This document shows positions 9,067 through 17,517 of a stretch of 43,258 bases of DNA, piece after piece (positions within the stretch are counted from its first letter, which is position 1; the number at the start of each line of letters is the position of its first letter). The stretch comes from an uncultured Saprospiraceae bacterium. GTDB taxonomy: Bacteria; Bacteroidota; Bacteroidia; Chitinophagales; Saprospiraceae. The position numbers and the translations under genes were made by a program. Under the pieces are notes generated by a model that saw only the letters and a program-made list of their open reading frames with translations, did not search any database and was not told where the DNA came from. Location: positions 1 through 43,258 of the forward strand of contig CAZNNX010000004.1 in the NCBI GenBank assembly GCA_964574485.1, given 5' to 3'.

Positions 9067-10023
9067 ATGAATAGAAGAAGACCCATACTTGTATTAATGA
9101 TTGATGATGACCCTGAATTTGCTTCCTCATTGGTTTCGAGAGCGTTAAAGTATCAGGTTATCATTCATTACAAACAAAATTTAAAAGATGGATTGGATGC
9201 ATTAGAAGCCAATTCAAAATATCAGGCTATTATTTTGGATGGAAAGGCACCAATTGATGCCAACCAACTCTATGGTACCGAGTCTGAAAATTTTGTATTT
9301 GAGGCTATTTTAAAACTAAAGGAAATTGAGTTGACGCAAGGTCGACTTTTACCATATTGTGTACTTACCGCATGGTCTGCTCAGTTAGAGAATGCTCTCA
9401 GGGACAGAGCAAAAATATTTGACAAAAAACAGATTGCCTTAAGCGAGCAGATATTGACTGACATGTTTGAGTATTTACATGAAGGTGTAGCACAATTGGA
9501 GGAAACCAGAATAATTCATTTGCATCCGGAAATTTTTGATTTTGCATCAAAATATCTGGATAACGAAGATTATAGTTTTTTAATGGCTTTACTTATGGCT
9601 AAGCCAACCAGCAAAAGAGAACAAATAATTGAAAAGTTGGCATTTTTAAGGAGGTTGGAAGAATCCTTGTTAAATATTTTTTGCAAGGAGGTATTACAAG
9701 TAGATCCCCTTCTTTATGGATTGGATGGCCAGAGCAGAACGAAGGATTTAATAGAATTAGTGAAAAATAGAAAATTAGCCCCTCTGCATATATCTTTTTT
9801 AACTTATGTAATTTATACTACTTTAAGTGCTATCGTTCAGCACAAGGCACCTGAAAACAGTGAATACAATCAGTATCCGGTTACTTCTTATACGCTCCAA
9901 ACATTCACGGGGGCTATGTTAGAGATGATATTATGGGTCAAGGAGAGTATTGAAAAAGGTCCCAGAGAAGGATCGCTTATGGCTGATTATTTACCACCAC
10001 AAAGTAGAAAAAGAAATGAGTGA
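9067..10023 (+). CDS. Response regulator: receiver domain plus helical HEPN/DUF4145-like output domain
   Basis: Receiver residues are intact: D13-D14-D15, D58 (IILDG), T101, K120. The C-terminal helical domain carries LRRLEESLL and LSAIVQH; no HTH is recognisable. Starts 2 bp after the kinase stop. Confidence 0.8.
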   Translation: MNRRRPILVLMIDDDPEFASSLVSRALKYQVIIHYKQNLKDGLDALEANSKYQAIILDGKAPIDANQLYGTESENFVFEAILKLKEIELTQGRLLPYCVLTAWSAQLENALRDRAKIFDKKQIALSEQILTDMFEYLHEGVAQLEETRIIHLHPEIFDFASKYLDNEDYSFLMALLMAKPTSKREQIIEKLAFLRRLEESLLNIFCKEVLQVDPLLYGLDGQSRTKDLIELVKNRKLAPLHISFLTYVIYTTLSAIVQHKAPENSEYNQYPVTSYTLQTFTGAMLEMILWVKESIEKGPREGSLMADYLPPQSRKRNE

Positions 10024-10789
10024 AATTATTTACACTGAAAAAGACAGAATTGCCTGGATTTTTTTGAATAGACCTGAAAAAAGAAATGCATTACATACTG
10101 AAATGCTTGAGGATTTGAGAGCTTATTTTAAAAAGGCGGAAACAAATGAAGAAATCAGGGCTGTTTGTTTGGGAGCTAAAGGGAAATACTTTTGCAGTGG
10201 TGCAGATTTGAGTATGCTTTTGCAGTCTTTTCAAAATACTAACGAACAAAATATTGAAGATTCAAGGAGAATGGCTGAATTGTACGTCTATTTATATACC
10301 TTTCCCAAACCTTTCATTACGCTATTGGAGGGGCCAGCCTTAGCCGGGGGTGCAGGTTTAGCTACAATTTCTGATTATTGTTTTGCAACAAAAGAGGCAT
10401 TCATTAGTTATCCTGAAGTTAAAGTTGGCTATGTACCTGCCATAGTTTCTCTTTTTTTAAATCAAAAATTGGGTCTTCATAACGCAAAGAAACTTTTATT
10501 GACAGGTGCAGAGTTAAGTGCTGAAGAGGCAAAAAAATGGGGACTCATAGAGGAAATTTACTCAAGTGAGGAAATAATGGATCAGGTAAATTTCTTTTTA
10601 CAAGAGCTCTGTCTGAAAGTGTCTCCTCAGTCTTTTGCTCAAACAAAAAAGTTAATGCATTGTTATGATGAGGAATCTTTTGCAAAAAACTTAGAAAAAG
10701 CCGTATTTTTAAATGTGGAGGCAAGGAAGACAGAGGATTTTATAAAAGGCGTACAGTCTTTTATGAATAAGGAAAAAATAAATTGGTAA
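10016..10789 (+). CDS. Enoyl-CoA hydratase/isomerase (methylglutaconyl-CoA hydratase-like)
   Basis: LNRPEKRNAL, FCSGADL, GPALAGGAGL, YPEVKVGYVPA. ATG at 10016 (MSEIIY), overlapping the upstream stop, is preferred over the TTG at 9950. Confidence 0.92.
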   Translation: MSEIIYTEKDRIAWIFLNRPEKRNALHTEMLEDLRAYFKKAETNEEIRAVCLGAKGKYFCSGADLSMLLQSFQNTNEQNIEDSRRMAELYVYLYTFPKPFITLLEGPALAGGAGLATISDYCFATKEAFISYPEVKVGYVPAIVSLFLNQKLGLHNAKKLLLTGAELSAEEAKKWGLIEEIYSSEEIMDQVNFFLQELCLKVSPQSFAQTKKLMHCYDEESFAKNLEKAVFLNVEARKTEDFIKGVQSFMNKEKINW

Positions 10790-10795
10790 AATTAT

Positions 10796-11494
10796 ATGAA
10801 TATGAAATATGTATATTTAGTCTATGTTTTTTTGGTGTGCAACAATCTTATGCTGTTTGCACAGAAAACTATCTCAAATGTTTCCATTACTTATGAGCTA
10901 AAAATGGATAAGGATAATCCTGCAGCATCTATGTTGAACGGAACAACGATGACCTTAAGTTTTAAAGAATTTAAGTCTAAATCCAATATCTCAGTAATGG
11001 GTGGTATGATGAACATGGATATGATTGCTGATGCGAAGAATAAAAAAGGTTTGATGTTGATGGCAATACCTATGATGGGGAAAAATGTGGCCGTTGAGAT
11101 GAATACTGATGAAATGGATCAGAATCAGGAAAATTCTGTAAAGCCTGAGATTACATATGATAAAAAATCAAAAAAGAAAATACAGGGTTTTTTATGTTAT
11201 AAGGCAATAGTAAAAACAAGCCTTTCCGGAGACCCTTTGATATTTTATGTTACTGATAAAATTAAACCTAATGCCAGTTCACAAATTCAAAATCAGGTTC
11301 CAGGTTTAAATGGATTTCCTCTAGCATTTGAAATTAATCAAATGGGTTTGAAATTAACAATGGAAGCTGTCAAGATTGATAAATCCCTTCCTTCAGATGA
11401 TCAATTTGAAATGAAGATTCCAGATGGTTTTGAGAAAATTACGATGGAAGAATTCAAGCAAATGGGCGGAGGTTTAGGAAGTTTTGGTTTGTAA
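10796..11494 (+). CDS. Secreted DUF4412/GLPGLI-like protein
   Basis: Signal peptide; KKKIQGFLCYKA, GLNGFPL and F..KIPDGF motifs. Confidence 0.75.
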   Translation: MNMKYVYLVYVFLVCNNLMLFAQKTISNVSITYELKMDKDNPAASMLNGTTMTLSFKEFKSKSNISVMGGMMNMDMIADAKNKKGLMLMAIPMMGKNVAVEMNTDEMDQNQENSVKPEITYDKKSKKKIQGFLCYKAIVKTSLSGDPLIFYVTDKIKPNASSQIQNQVPGLNGFPLAFEINQMGLKLTMEAVKIDKSLPSDDQFEMKIPDGFEKITMEEFKQMGGGLGSFGL

Positions 11495-11504
11495 AGCAAT
11501 TAAT

Positions 11505-12224
11505 ATGAACAAGTTATCACTAGTTATACTTATTTTCATCTCTAACTTTTTTTACTGCAAGGGACAACTTTTATCTGAAGCTACCAAGCAAAGTTCTGTA
11601 ATAAAAAATGGACTTGTGAAATACAAAATGGTTGTGGAATCTGAAAACCCACAAGCAAAGATGATGAATAATTCTACCTTGGAAATTGCATTTTGTGGAT
11701 CAGATACCAAAGCAAATGGTCTTCTCATGGGCGGTTTATTAGGGGCTCAGATTACCATGGACCTGTTGAATGGTAAGGGTTTGGCCTTACTGACTATCAT
11801 GGGACAAAAAAAAGCTGTAAAGATGAATAACGATGATTTTAAATGGGCACAAAATTCTACTAATAGCCTCTCAGGTGAGGTTAATTTTACTCCAGTTAAA
11901 GGAACTCAGAAAGTAGCGGGCTATGCTTGTAAAAAATATCTGGTAAAAGATCCGAAAAATCCAGATGTTCAAACAACAGTGTTTATTTGTGAATCTATTA
12001 AACCAGATTCCGGGGGACTAATGGATAATATTCTCAAAACATACAAGGGATTTCCACTAGGTTTTGAAGTAAAATCAAAAGACGCTAAAATGTCTTTTAT
12101 GGCCTCAGAAGTTTCAACAAAATTATTAAAGAAATCTGATTTCAAACAAGAAATTCCGGCTGAATTTGAATTAACTACCATGGAAAACTTGATGAGAGAT
12201 ATGGGACCTATGTTTAAAAACTAG
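11505..12224 (+). CDS. Secreted DUF4412/GLPGLI-like protein, tandem paralog
   Basis: ATG 11505 gives a signal peptide (MNKLSLVILIF); TQKVAGYACKKY, KGFPLG and IPAEF motifs; collinear with the previous gene. Confidence 0.75.
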   Translation: MNKLSLVILIFISNFFYCKGQLLSEATKQSSVIKNGLVKYKMVVESENPQAKMMNNSTLEIAFCGSDTKANGLLMGGLLGAQITMDLLNGKGLALLTIMGQKKAVKMNNDDFKWAQNSTNSLSGEVNFTPVKGTQKVAGYACKKYLVKDPKNPDVQTTVFICESIKPDSGGLMDNILKTYKGFPLGFEVKSKDAKMSFMASEVSTKLLKKSDFKQEIPAEFELTTMENLMRDMGPMFKN

Positions 12225-12226
12225 TT

Positions 12227-13561
12227 TTATTTCAGAAGGAACTTAAATTTTTGTCCATTTTGAAAAAGTATAAAACTCTTGTAGTCCATGTCAAATAGTA
12301 TTTTTACAGCTGCTTTTTCAAAAGTAAATTGATTATCACCAACATATGTAAGTGGAAATTCGGGTTGATTAGTTCCTTGGGCAAAGAGGTACCCATTCTT
12401 TTCAAAAATTTTAATATCAAATTGTAGATCAGAATTAGAATAGGTTTGGGTTATTTTGTCAATCAAATCTTTATCAAGTTTATTGTTTTTCAAAATTTGT
12501 GGCAGCTCGAATTTTTTGTTGTAAACTGCACTTAGCATGTAAATCAGAATATCGTTCATCGTCATATCATTTCCGTTTAAGCATAAGCTGACAGATATTT
12601 CTTGATTATCAAAGTAAAAGCTTGCAGATTGATAGCCATCAATTCCACCCGTATGTCCATAGCCTGTATTTTCATAAAAGGGTACTTTAAACAGACCTTT
12701 TCCAACATTATTTTCTGTTTCCTTCATTACAGCAAGGGTCTTTTTATTTACTATTTTACCACTGAGTAATTGATAAATAAACAGATTTAATTCATTGGGA
12801 GTTGAAATCATATTACCCGCAGAAAAGGGGATAGATGCATCTGTTCGAGATGTTTTTATCCATTTATTTTCCTTTTTTTCATAAGAATTTGCATCTGGAA
12901 AAACATTTGTTTGATAGACCTTAGTTTTTTTATATTTTAATTTGTCAACGCATAATTTCTGAATCAGGTTTGCAAAAGTAGTTTTATGTATATCTTCCAG
13001 TATCCATCCTAAAATGATATAATTTGTATTGGAGTAGCTCATTTGAGTTCCTGGATCAAAGTCTGAAGGAAGGTTTATTATTTTTTCTAAAAGTTTTTCC
13101 TTTGATTGGTAATTTTGATTCCACTCTAAATAATCAGAGGCATCTGTAATATTATACAGCCCAGATTTATGACTCAACAACATGGCAATGTTAATGCGGT
13201 TCGAATTGGGAATTTGTGGATAGAATTCCGACAATTTGGTATCCAGGTTAAGCATCGAACCATTGGGTAGTTGATGAGAATTTTCCATGGCTTCAAAAAG
13301 TAGGGTAGCAGTAAAGGTTTTTGTTATAGAACCGATGCAATAGCTCGTATTTTCATTATTTTTTATTTTTTGATCAATATCAGCATATCCGATAGACTTT
13401 TGATAAATGATTTTGCCCTTTTTAGCAATGGAGAAAGAACCCAAGCATTGATTTTGATTTTCTAAAATTTGGAAGACTGAATCAAGTTTAGCTTGTTGAA
13501 ATTGGCTAAATAAATGTAAAGCTTGTATTACAAAAAAGATAGGAATAATTTGATTTTTCAT
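12227..13561 (-). CDS. Serine hydrolase, class C beta-lactamase/D-Ala-D-Ala peptidase family
   Basis: SxxK (GSITK), YxN (YSNTNY), HTG (GHTGG), LLSHKSG; signal peptide. Confidence 0.9.
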   Translation of the reverse strand: MKNQIIPIFFVIQALHLFSQFQQAKLDSVFQILENQNQCLGSFSIAKKGKIIYQKSIGYADIDQKIKNNENTSYCIGSITKTFTATLLFEAMENSHQLPNGSMLNLDTKLSEFYPQIPNSNRINIAMLLSHKSGLYNITDASDYLEWNQNYQSKEKLLEKIINLPSDFDPGTQMSYSNTNYIILGWILEDIHKTTFANLIQKLCVDKLKYKKTKVYQTNVFPDANSYEKKENKWIKTSRTDASIPFSAGNMISTPNELNLFIYQLLSGKIVNKKTLAVMKETENNVGKGLFKVPFYENTGYGHTGGIDGYQSASFYFDNQEISVSLCLNGNDMTMNDILIYMLSAVYNKKFELPQILKNNKLDKDLIDKITQTYSNSDLQFDIKIFEKNGYLFAQGTNQPEFPLTYVGDNQFTFEKAAVKILFDMDYKSFILFQNGQKFKFLLK

Positions 13562-14217
13562 TTGTCAATAATTTGGGCATTTTTTAAAATATATGCCATT
13601 TTTAAATAGTCCAACTCATTTAATTCTAGCTTTCCTTTAATTGTAACGGCGTTCTTACTGAAAGGAATTGGTTTGGAGGGATATACTTCCATAACAGATT
13701 CAGGACCAGCACCTTTACAAAAAAAGCAGGTTGCTGTAGGAAAAGCGGATAACATAAACATCGTACCATTTCCCCTTGCTCCAGCAGCACCATGAACAAT
13801 ATCATTAGGAATAATATAACCCTTAATTTCAATCCATTGATTATTATACTTTTTAATCTCTGGGGTGAATTTTGGCCTCATAACCACATCGTCGATGGCA
13901 ACATCGTAGCTTATGTCAAACCTTAATTTTAGAAATATTTCCCAAAGACCGCCTGCAGATTGTTGTATGATTTCCTCTTCAGTTTTGAACATTTCTTCCG
14001 GTTCTTTAATGGAATTAAAATCAGATTCATTGTAGCCCTCTGCATAGCTGACTTTTGAGTTTTTAGATTTTTCATTTACAATTAAAGACGGTTTTTGGGA
14101 AGACTCAGCATCTTTAGTATCTTTTTTGAATGTTTTAATTTGACTTTTTTCAATAAGGAAAGAAGCCGAGGCGGTTAGGCCCAATGCAATAGCGAAAAAT
14201 AAGATATATTTTAACAT
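13558..14217 (-). CDS. DUF3299-like exported protein
   Basis: IKGYIIP, LSAFPTATCFFCKGAGPESVMEV, IKGKLELN; N-terminal hydrophobic segment. Confidence 0.75.
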   Translation of the reverse strand: MLKYILFFAIALGLTASASFLIEKSQIKTFKKDTKDAESSQKPSLIVNEKSKNSKVSYAEGYNESDFNSIKEPEEMFKTEEEIIQQSAGGLWEIFLKLRFDISYDVAIDDVVMRPKFTPEIKKYNNQWIEIKGYIIPNDIVHGAAGARGNGTMFMLSAFPTATCFFCKGAGPESVMEVYPSKPIPFSKNAVTIKGKLELNELDYLKMAYILKNAQIIDK

Positions 14218-15149
14218 GATGCTGTCATTTTACCATCTAACTGACTTCCATTAACAAAGCTTTGAATGTCCATTTTTTTTCTCGCATCTTCTTGAATTTC
14301 CAGAATATGTATAAAGCCATCAGTACAGGCTATCTTTAATGATTTTTTGTCTTGGATGCATGTTCCACAAGGAATTTCATGTATTTCTATCTGAATTTGG
14401 GAAGCGTAAATCTTGTATTTAGTTCCTTGAATGATAGTCCAGGCCACAGGAGAAGGGCTAAGACCTCTGATGAAATCATGTACTTCCTTTGTGGTTTTAT
14501 TAAAATCTATGAGACAGGTTTCATGGAAGATTTTAGGCGCAGAACTTGCTTGAGAGTTGTCTTGAGAAATAGGGTTGAAATCATTTTTTTCAAGAGAGAA
14601 AATGGTATCAACTAAAAGTTGCGCTCCAATGATTTTCATTTTTTGGTAAAGAGTTCCAAAGTTATCATGCTCTTCTATTTGTACTTCTTTTTGCATTAAT
14701 ATATCACCGGTATCGATTTCATGTTTTAATTGAAAAGTTGTGAGGCCCGTTGTCTTTTCCCCTCTTATGATGGCCCAATTGATAGGTGCTGCGCCTCTGT
14801 ATTTAGGTAATAATGATCCATGCAGGTTGATTGTTCCCAGTCTTGGGAGCGACCATACTTTGGTGGGCAACATTTTGAAGGCTACAACAATTTGGAGATC
14901 TGGATTTAATTCATTAAGTATATAGATGAAAGTAGAGTCACTTAATTTTTCAGGTTGTAAGATGGGAATATGGTATTTTAAAGCAGATTTTTTAACATCT
15001 GATTCTAGCAGTGTCTTATTACCACGTCCTCCCCATTTATCTGGGGTTGTAACAACAGCAATTACATCAAATCCGTTTTGAATTAATGCTTCAAGTGAAG
15101 AAACTGCAAAGTCTGGGCTTCCAAAAAATATAATTCTTAATTTCATCAA
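14211..15149 (-). CDS. fmt: Methionyl-tRNA formyltransferase
   Basis: IIFFGSPDFA, VVTTPDK..GRG, INLHGSLLPKYRGAAPINWAI, DTGD. Confidence 0.97.
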   Translation of the reverse strand: MMKLRIIFFGSPDFAVSSLEALIQNGFDVIAVVTTPDKWGGRGNKTLLESDVKKSALKYHIPILQPEKLSDSTFIYILNELNPDLQIVVAFKMLPTKVWSLPRLGTINLHGSLLPKYRGAAPINWAIIRGEKTTGLTTFQLKHEIDTGDILMQKEVQIEEHDNFGTLYQKMKIIGAQLLVDTIFSLEKNDFNPISQDNSQASSAPKIFHETCLIDFNKTTKEVHDFIRGLSPSPVAWTIIQGTKYKIYASQIQIEIHEIPCGTCIQDKKSLKIACTDGFIHILEIQEDARKKMDIQSFVNGSQLDGKMTASC

Positions 15150-15814
15150 TAACCTTTTTCACTGCCTACTTGCATTAATTTTTCAATCATTCCCATGGGA
15201 TTTTTATCTCCAAATACCGCATTACCTGCAACGAGAACATGAGCTCCTGCGTTTAGTATTAGTTCTGCATTCTGTAGACCTACACCTCCATCAATTTCAA
15301 TCAGTGTATCTAAATTACGTTCGTCAATTTCTTTTCTGAGTGATTTTATTTTTTGTAAACTGGAATAAATAAATTTTTGCCCTCCAAATCCAGGATTCAC
15401 TGACATGATAATCACAAGATCTATATCTTCGAGAATATCAAAAATCATTTGTACGGGGGTGTGAGGATTCAAGGCTACACCTGCTTTGGCTCCAGTTTCT
15501 TTGATTTGTTGCAGTGTTCTGTGAAGGTGTGGACAAGCCTCATAATGAACCGTAATAAAGTCTGCACCTGACTTTCTAAATGATTCAATATATTTTTCTG
15601 GTTCAATCATCATGAGATGAACGTCAAGTATTTTATCTGTCAGTTTGTCTATAGCTGCAACTAGTGGCATTCCAAAAGTAAAATTAGGAACAAATTTACC
15701 ATCCATCACATCCAAATGAATCCAAGGCGCAACACTTTGATTCAGCATTTGGATTTCTTCGTTTAATTTAGAAAAATCAGATGATAGTATTGAGGGAGCG
15801 ATTATATGTTTCAT
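15146..15814 (-). CDS. rpe: Ribulose-phosphate 3-epimerase
   Basis: IAPSILS, HLDVMDGKFVPN, DVHLM, MSVNPGFGGQKF, IEIDGG. Confidence 0.98.
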   Translation of the reverse strand: MKHIIAPSILSSDFSKLNEEIQMLNQSVAPWIHLDVMDGKFVPNFTFGMPLVAAIDKLTDKILDVHLMMIEPEKYIESFRKSGADFITVHYEACPHLHRTLQQIKETGAKAGVALNPHTPVQMIFDILEDIDLVIIMSVNPGFGGQKFIYSSLQKIKSLRKEIDERNLDTLIEIDGGVGLQNAELILNAGAHVLVAGNAVFGDKNPMGMIEKLMQVGSEKGY

Positions 15815-15816
15815 AA

Positions 15817-17517
15817 TTAAAATTTCATGATAAAACCAATTCTACCATTTAACCCAAGTTGTGGATATAAGTACCAGCGAGGATTTACATTATTTGCAAT
15901 ATTATTCAACTCAGCATAAATTCCAATATTTTGCTTTGTTTTACCAAACCAATAATAGGCTGCCAAATTAATATCATACAGGAAGCCTAAATTTTTATTT
16001 TCTTTAGTTAAAAGCTCCTGGTAGGCTACTCCAGAATTCAGAAAAAATTCTGCCTTTAATAAAAGGTTTTTTAGTTTGTATTGCAAAGCAATATTTGATT
16101 CCAATACGGGAAGATGGTATGCCCTTTGATAATTTTTTATTTGCGTATAGAGGTTATAAGCCACGAAAGCCTTTACGTTTAAGTTTTTGAAAATTTCGAT
16201 ATCGAAAGTGCCTTTTAAATGAACATAATTTATATCGTCGTAAAGGATATTGAATCTGAGGTATTTTTGGGTTGAATCATTTAAAAATAAAGGCATCTGA
16301 CTGTTCATAAAATAAGAAGCCCTTAGTTCATAAGAGATACCTCTTGCAGTTCCGCCCAAGCCACCGTAGAATTCGTAGCTACCAGTATGTCTGAATTCGT
16401 TTTGGGAAGAAATGAAAGGAAGATATAATGATATTGATCTGAAGGTATTCATTTTCATTTGACCATTTACCCCTGCAAAAGGTTCTATAAATCCGTCCAC
16501 CAGGGATAATTTCAAATGAACATCAGGGTATATAAAAAATTTATTTTCTGAAGCACCCAGGTTGGCAGCAATCTTAGCCTTGAAAATTCCAAAGTTTAAT
16601 TCAGCAAAAGGGTGGAAGTTGAATAATACTCTTCCTGCACCAGTACTGTCATTATTAAATGAAGTAAAATTAAAAAAGAGATCAGCACCTAATCTATGTT
16701 TATTTTTTCCATTCCCCAGCCATTTTTCAACAGATGTTTTGGGTGTAATCGAAAATTCATTGGCGTTATAACGATCATTTAGGTAGTAAAAGTCTAAATC
16801 ACCTCTGTAATTTAACTTCAACGAATTTTGAGCGTGATTAAACAGATGGAGATTTCCAAAGAATTCAAAAAAGTTTTGTTGTACTGAGTCTTTTGATACT
16901 CTGGCTTGACCTGGAAATAAATCAATTGAGTCCGGAAGTATTTCACTTAATTGATGGTGCCCGTAAAATCGATAAGCATCCAAATTGAATCCCAATTGCG
17001 TGCCCAGAGCAACTCCTTTTTCGTGGAAATAAGTAGCACCAAAATCAAAATGTGTTTTACCAAAACCTTGATTGTAATTTTTAGCACTATCCATAGCAAT
17101 TAGGCTGATATGGGATAACTGTGCAGATATTTTCAGGTTTTTATTAAAAATATCATGGTAGCTTAATTCAGCATTGGGAGAGAGGGGATAACCAATACCA
17201 CCTTTCAGATAAAATTTATGAAAAGACTGATTTTCACTGACTGTATAAGCCAAAGGACGAACTGTGGGTGATGGGTAAATTACTTTAATCGTATAATCCG
17301 GATTATTATACTCTTGTTTTTGAGGTTGGTTATCGATCGGAGGCAAAAGAGGAATGGAAACTTTTTTAGAACTTTCCTGTAATCTGGCTCTAAATGGTTT
17401 CAAAAGTTCAGCGCCTTCGTCTTCTTGTGCTGTAATATTGGAAGCAAATAAGAAGAAACTTGTGCAAATCAATGCGAATCGTATTATATTATATTTTGTC
17501 ATACTCATGTTAGTCAT
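15817..17517 (-). CDS. Outer-membrane beta-barrel protein (often annotated TonB-dependent-receptor-like), partner of the TPR protein
   Basis: Signal peptide, Pro-rich N-terminal segment, alternating aromatic strands, C-terminal ...GRIGFIMKF; overlaps the TPR gene stop. Confidence 0.75.
   Translation of the reverse strand: MTNMSMTKYNIIRFALICTSFFLFASNITAQEDEGAELLKPFRARLQESSKKVSIPLLPPIDNQPQKQEYNNPDYTIKVIYPSPTVRPLAYTVSENQSFHKFYLKGGIGYPLSPNAELSYHDIFNKNLKISAQLSHISLIAMDSAKNYNQGFGKTHFDFGATYFHEKGVALGTQLGFNLDAYRFYGHHQLSEILPDSIDLFPGQARVSKDSVQQNFFEFFGNLHLFNHAQNSLKLNYRGDLDFYYLNDRYNANEFSITPKTSVEKWLGNGKNKHRLGADLFFNFTSFNNDSTGAGRVLFNFHPFAELNFGIFKAKIAANLGASENKFFIYPDVHLKLSLVDGFIEPFAGVNGQMKMNTFRSISLYLPFISSQNEFRHTGSYEFYGGLGGTARGISYELRASYFMNSQMPLFLNDSTQKYLRFNILYDDINYVHLKGTFDIEIFKNLNVKAFVAYNLYTQIKNYQRAYHLPVLESNIALQYKLKNLLLKAEFFLNSGVAYQELLTKENKNLGFLYDINLAAYYWFGKTKQNIGIYAELNNIANNVNPRWYLYPQLGLNGRIGFIMKF

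Noticed and set aside
12227-13561. Antibiotic-resistance beta-lactamase, or MlrB partner of the MlrC-like gene
   Set aside because: Generic serine hydrolase with an HTG triad typical of peptidases; 22 kb from the M81 gene, and no mlrA/mlrD is seen.
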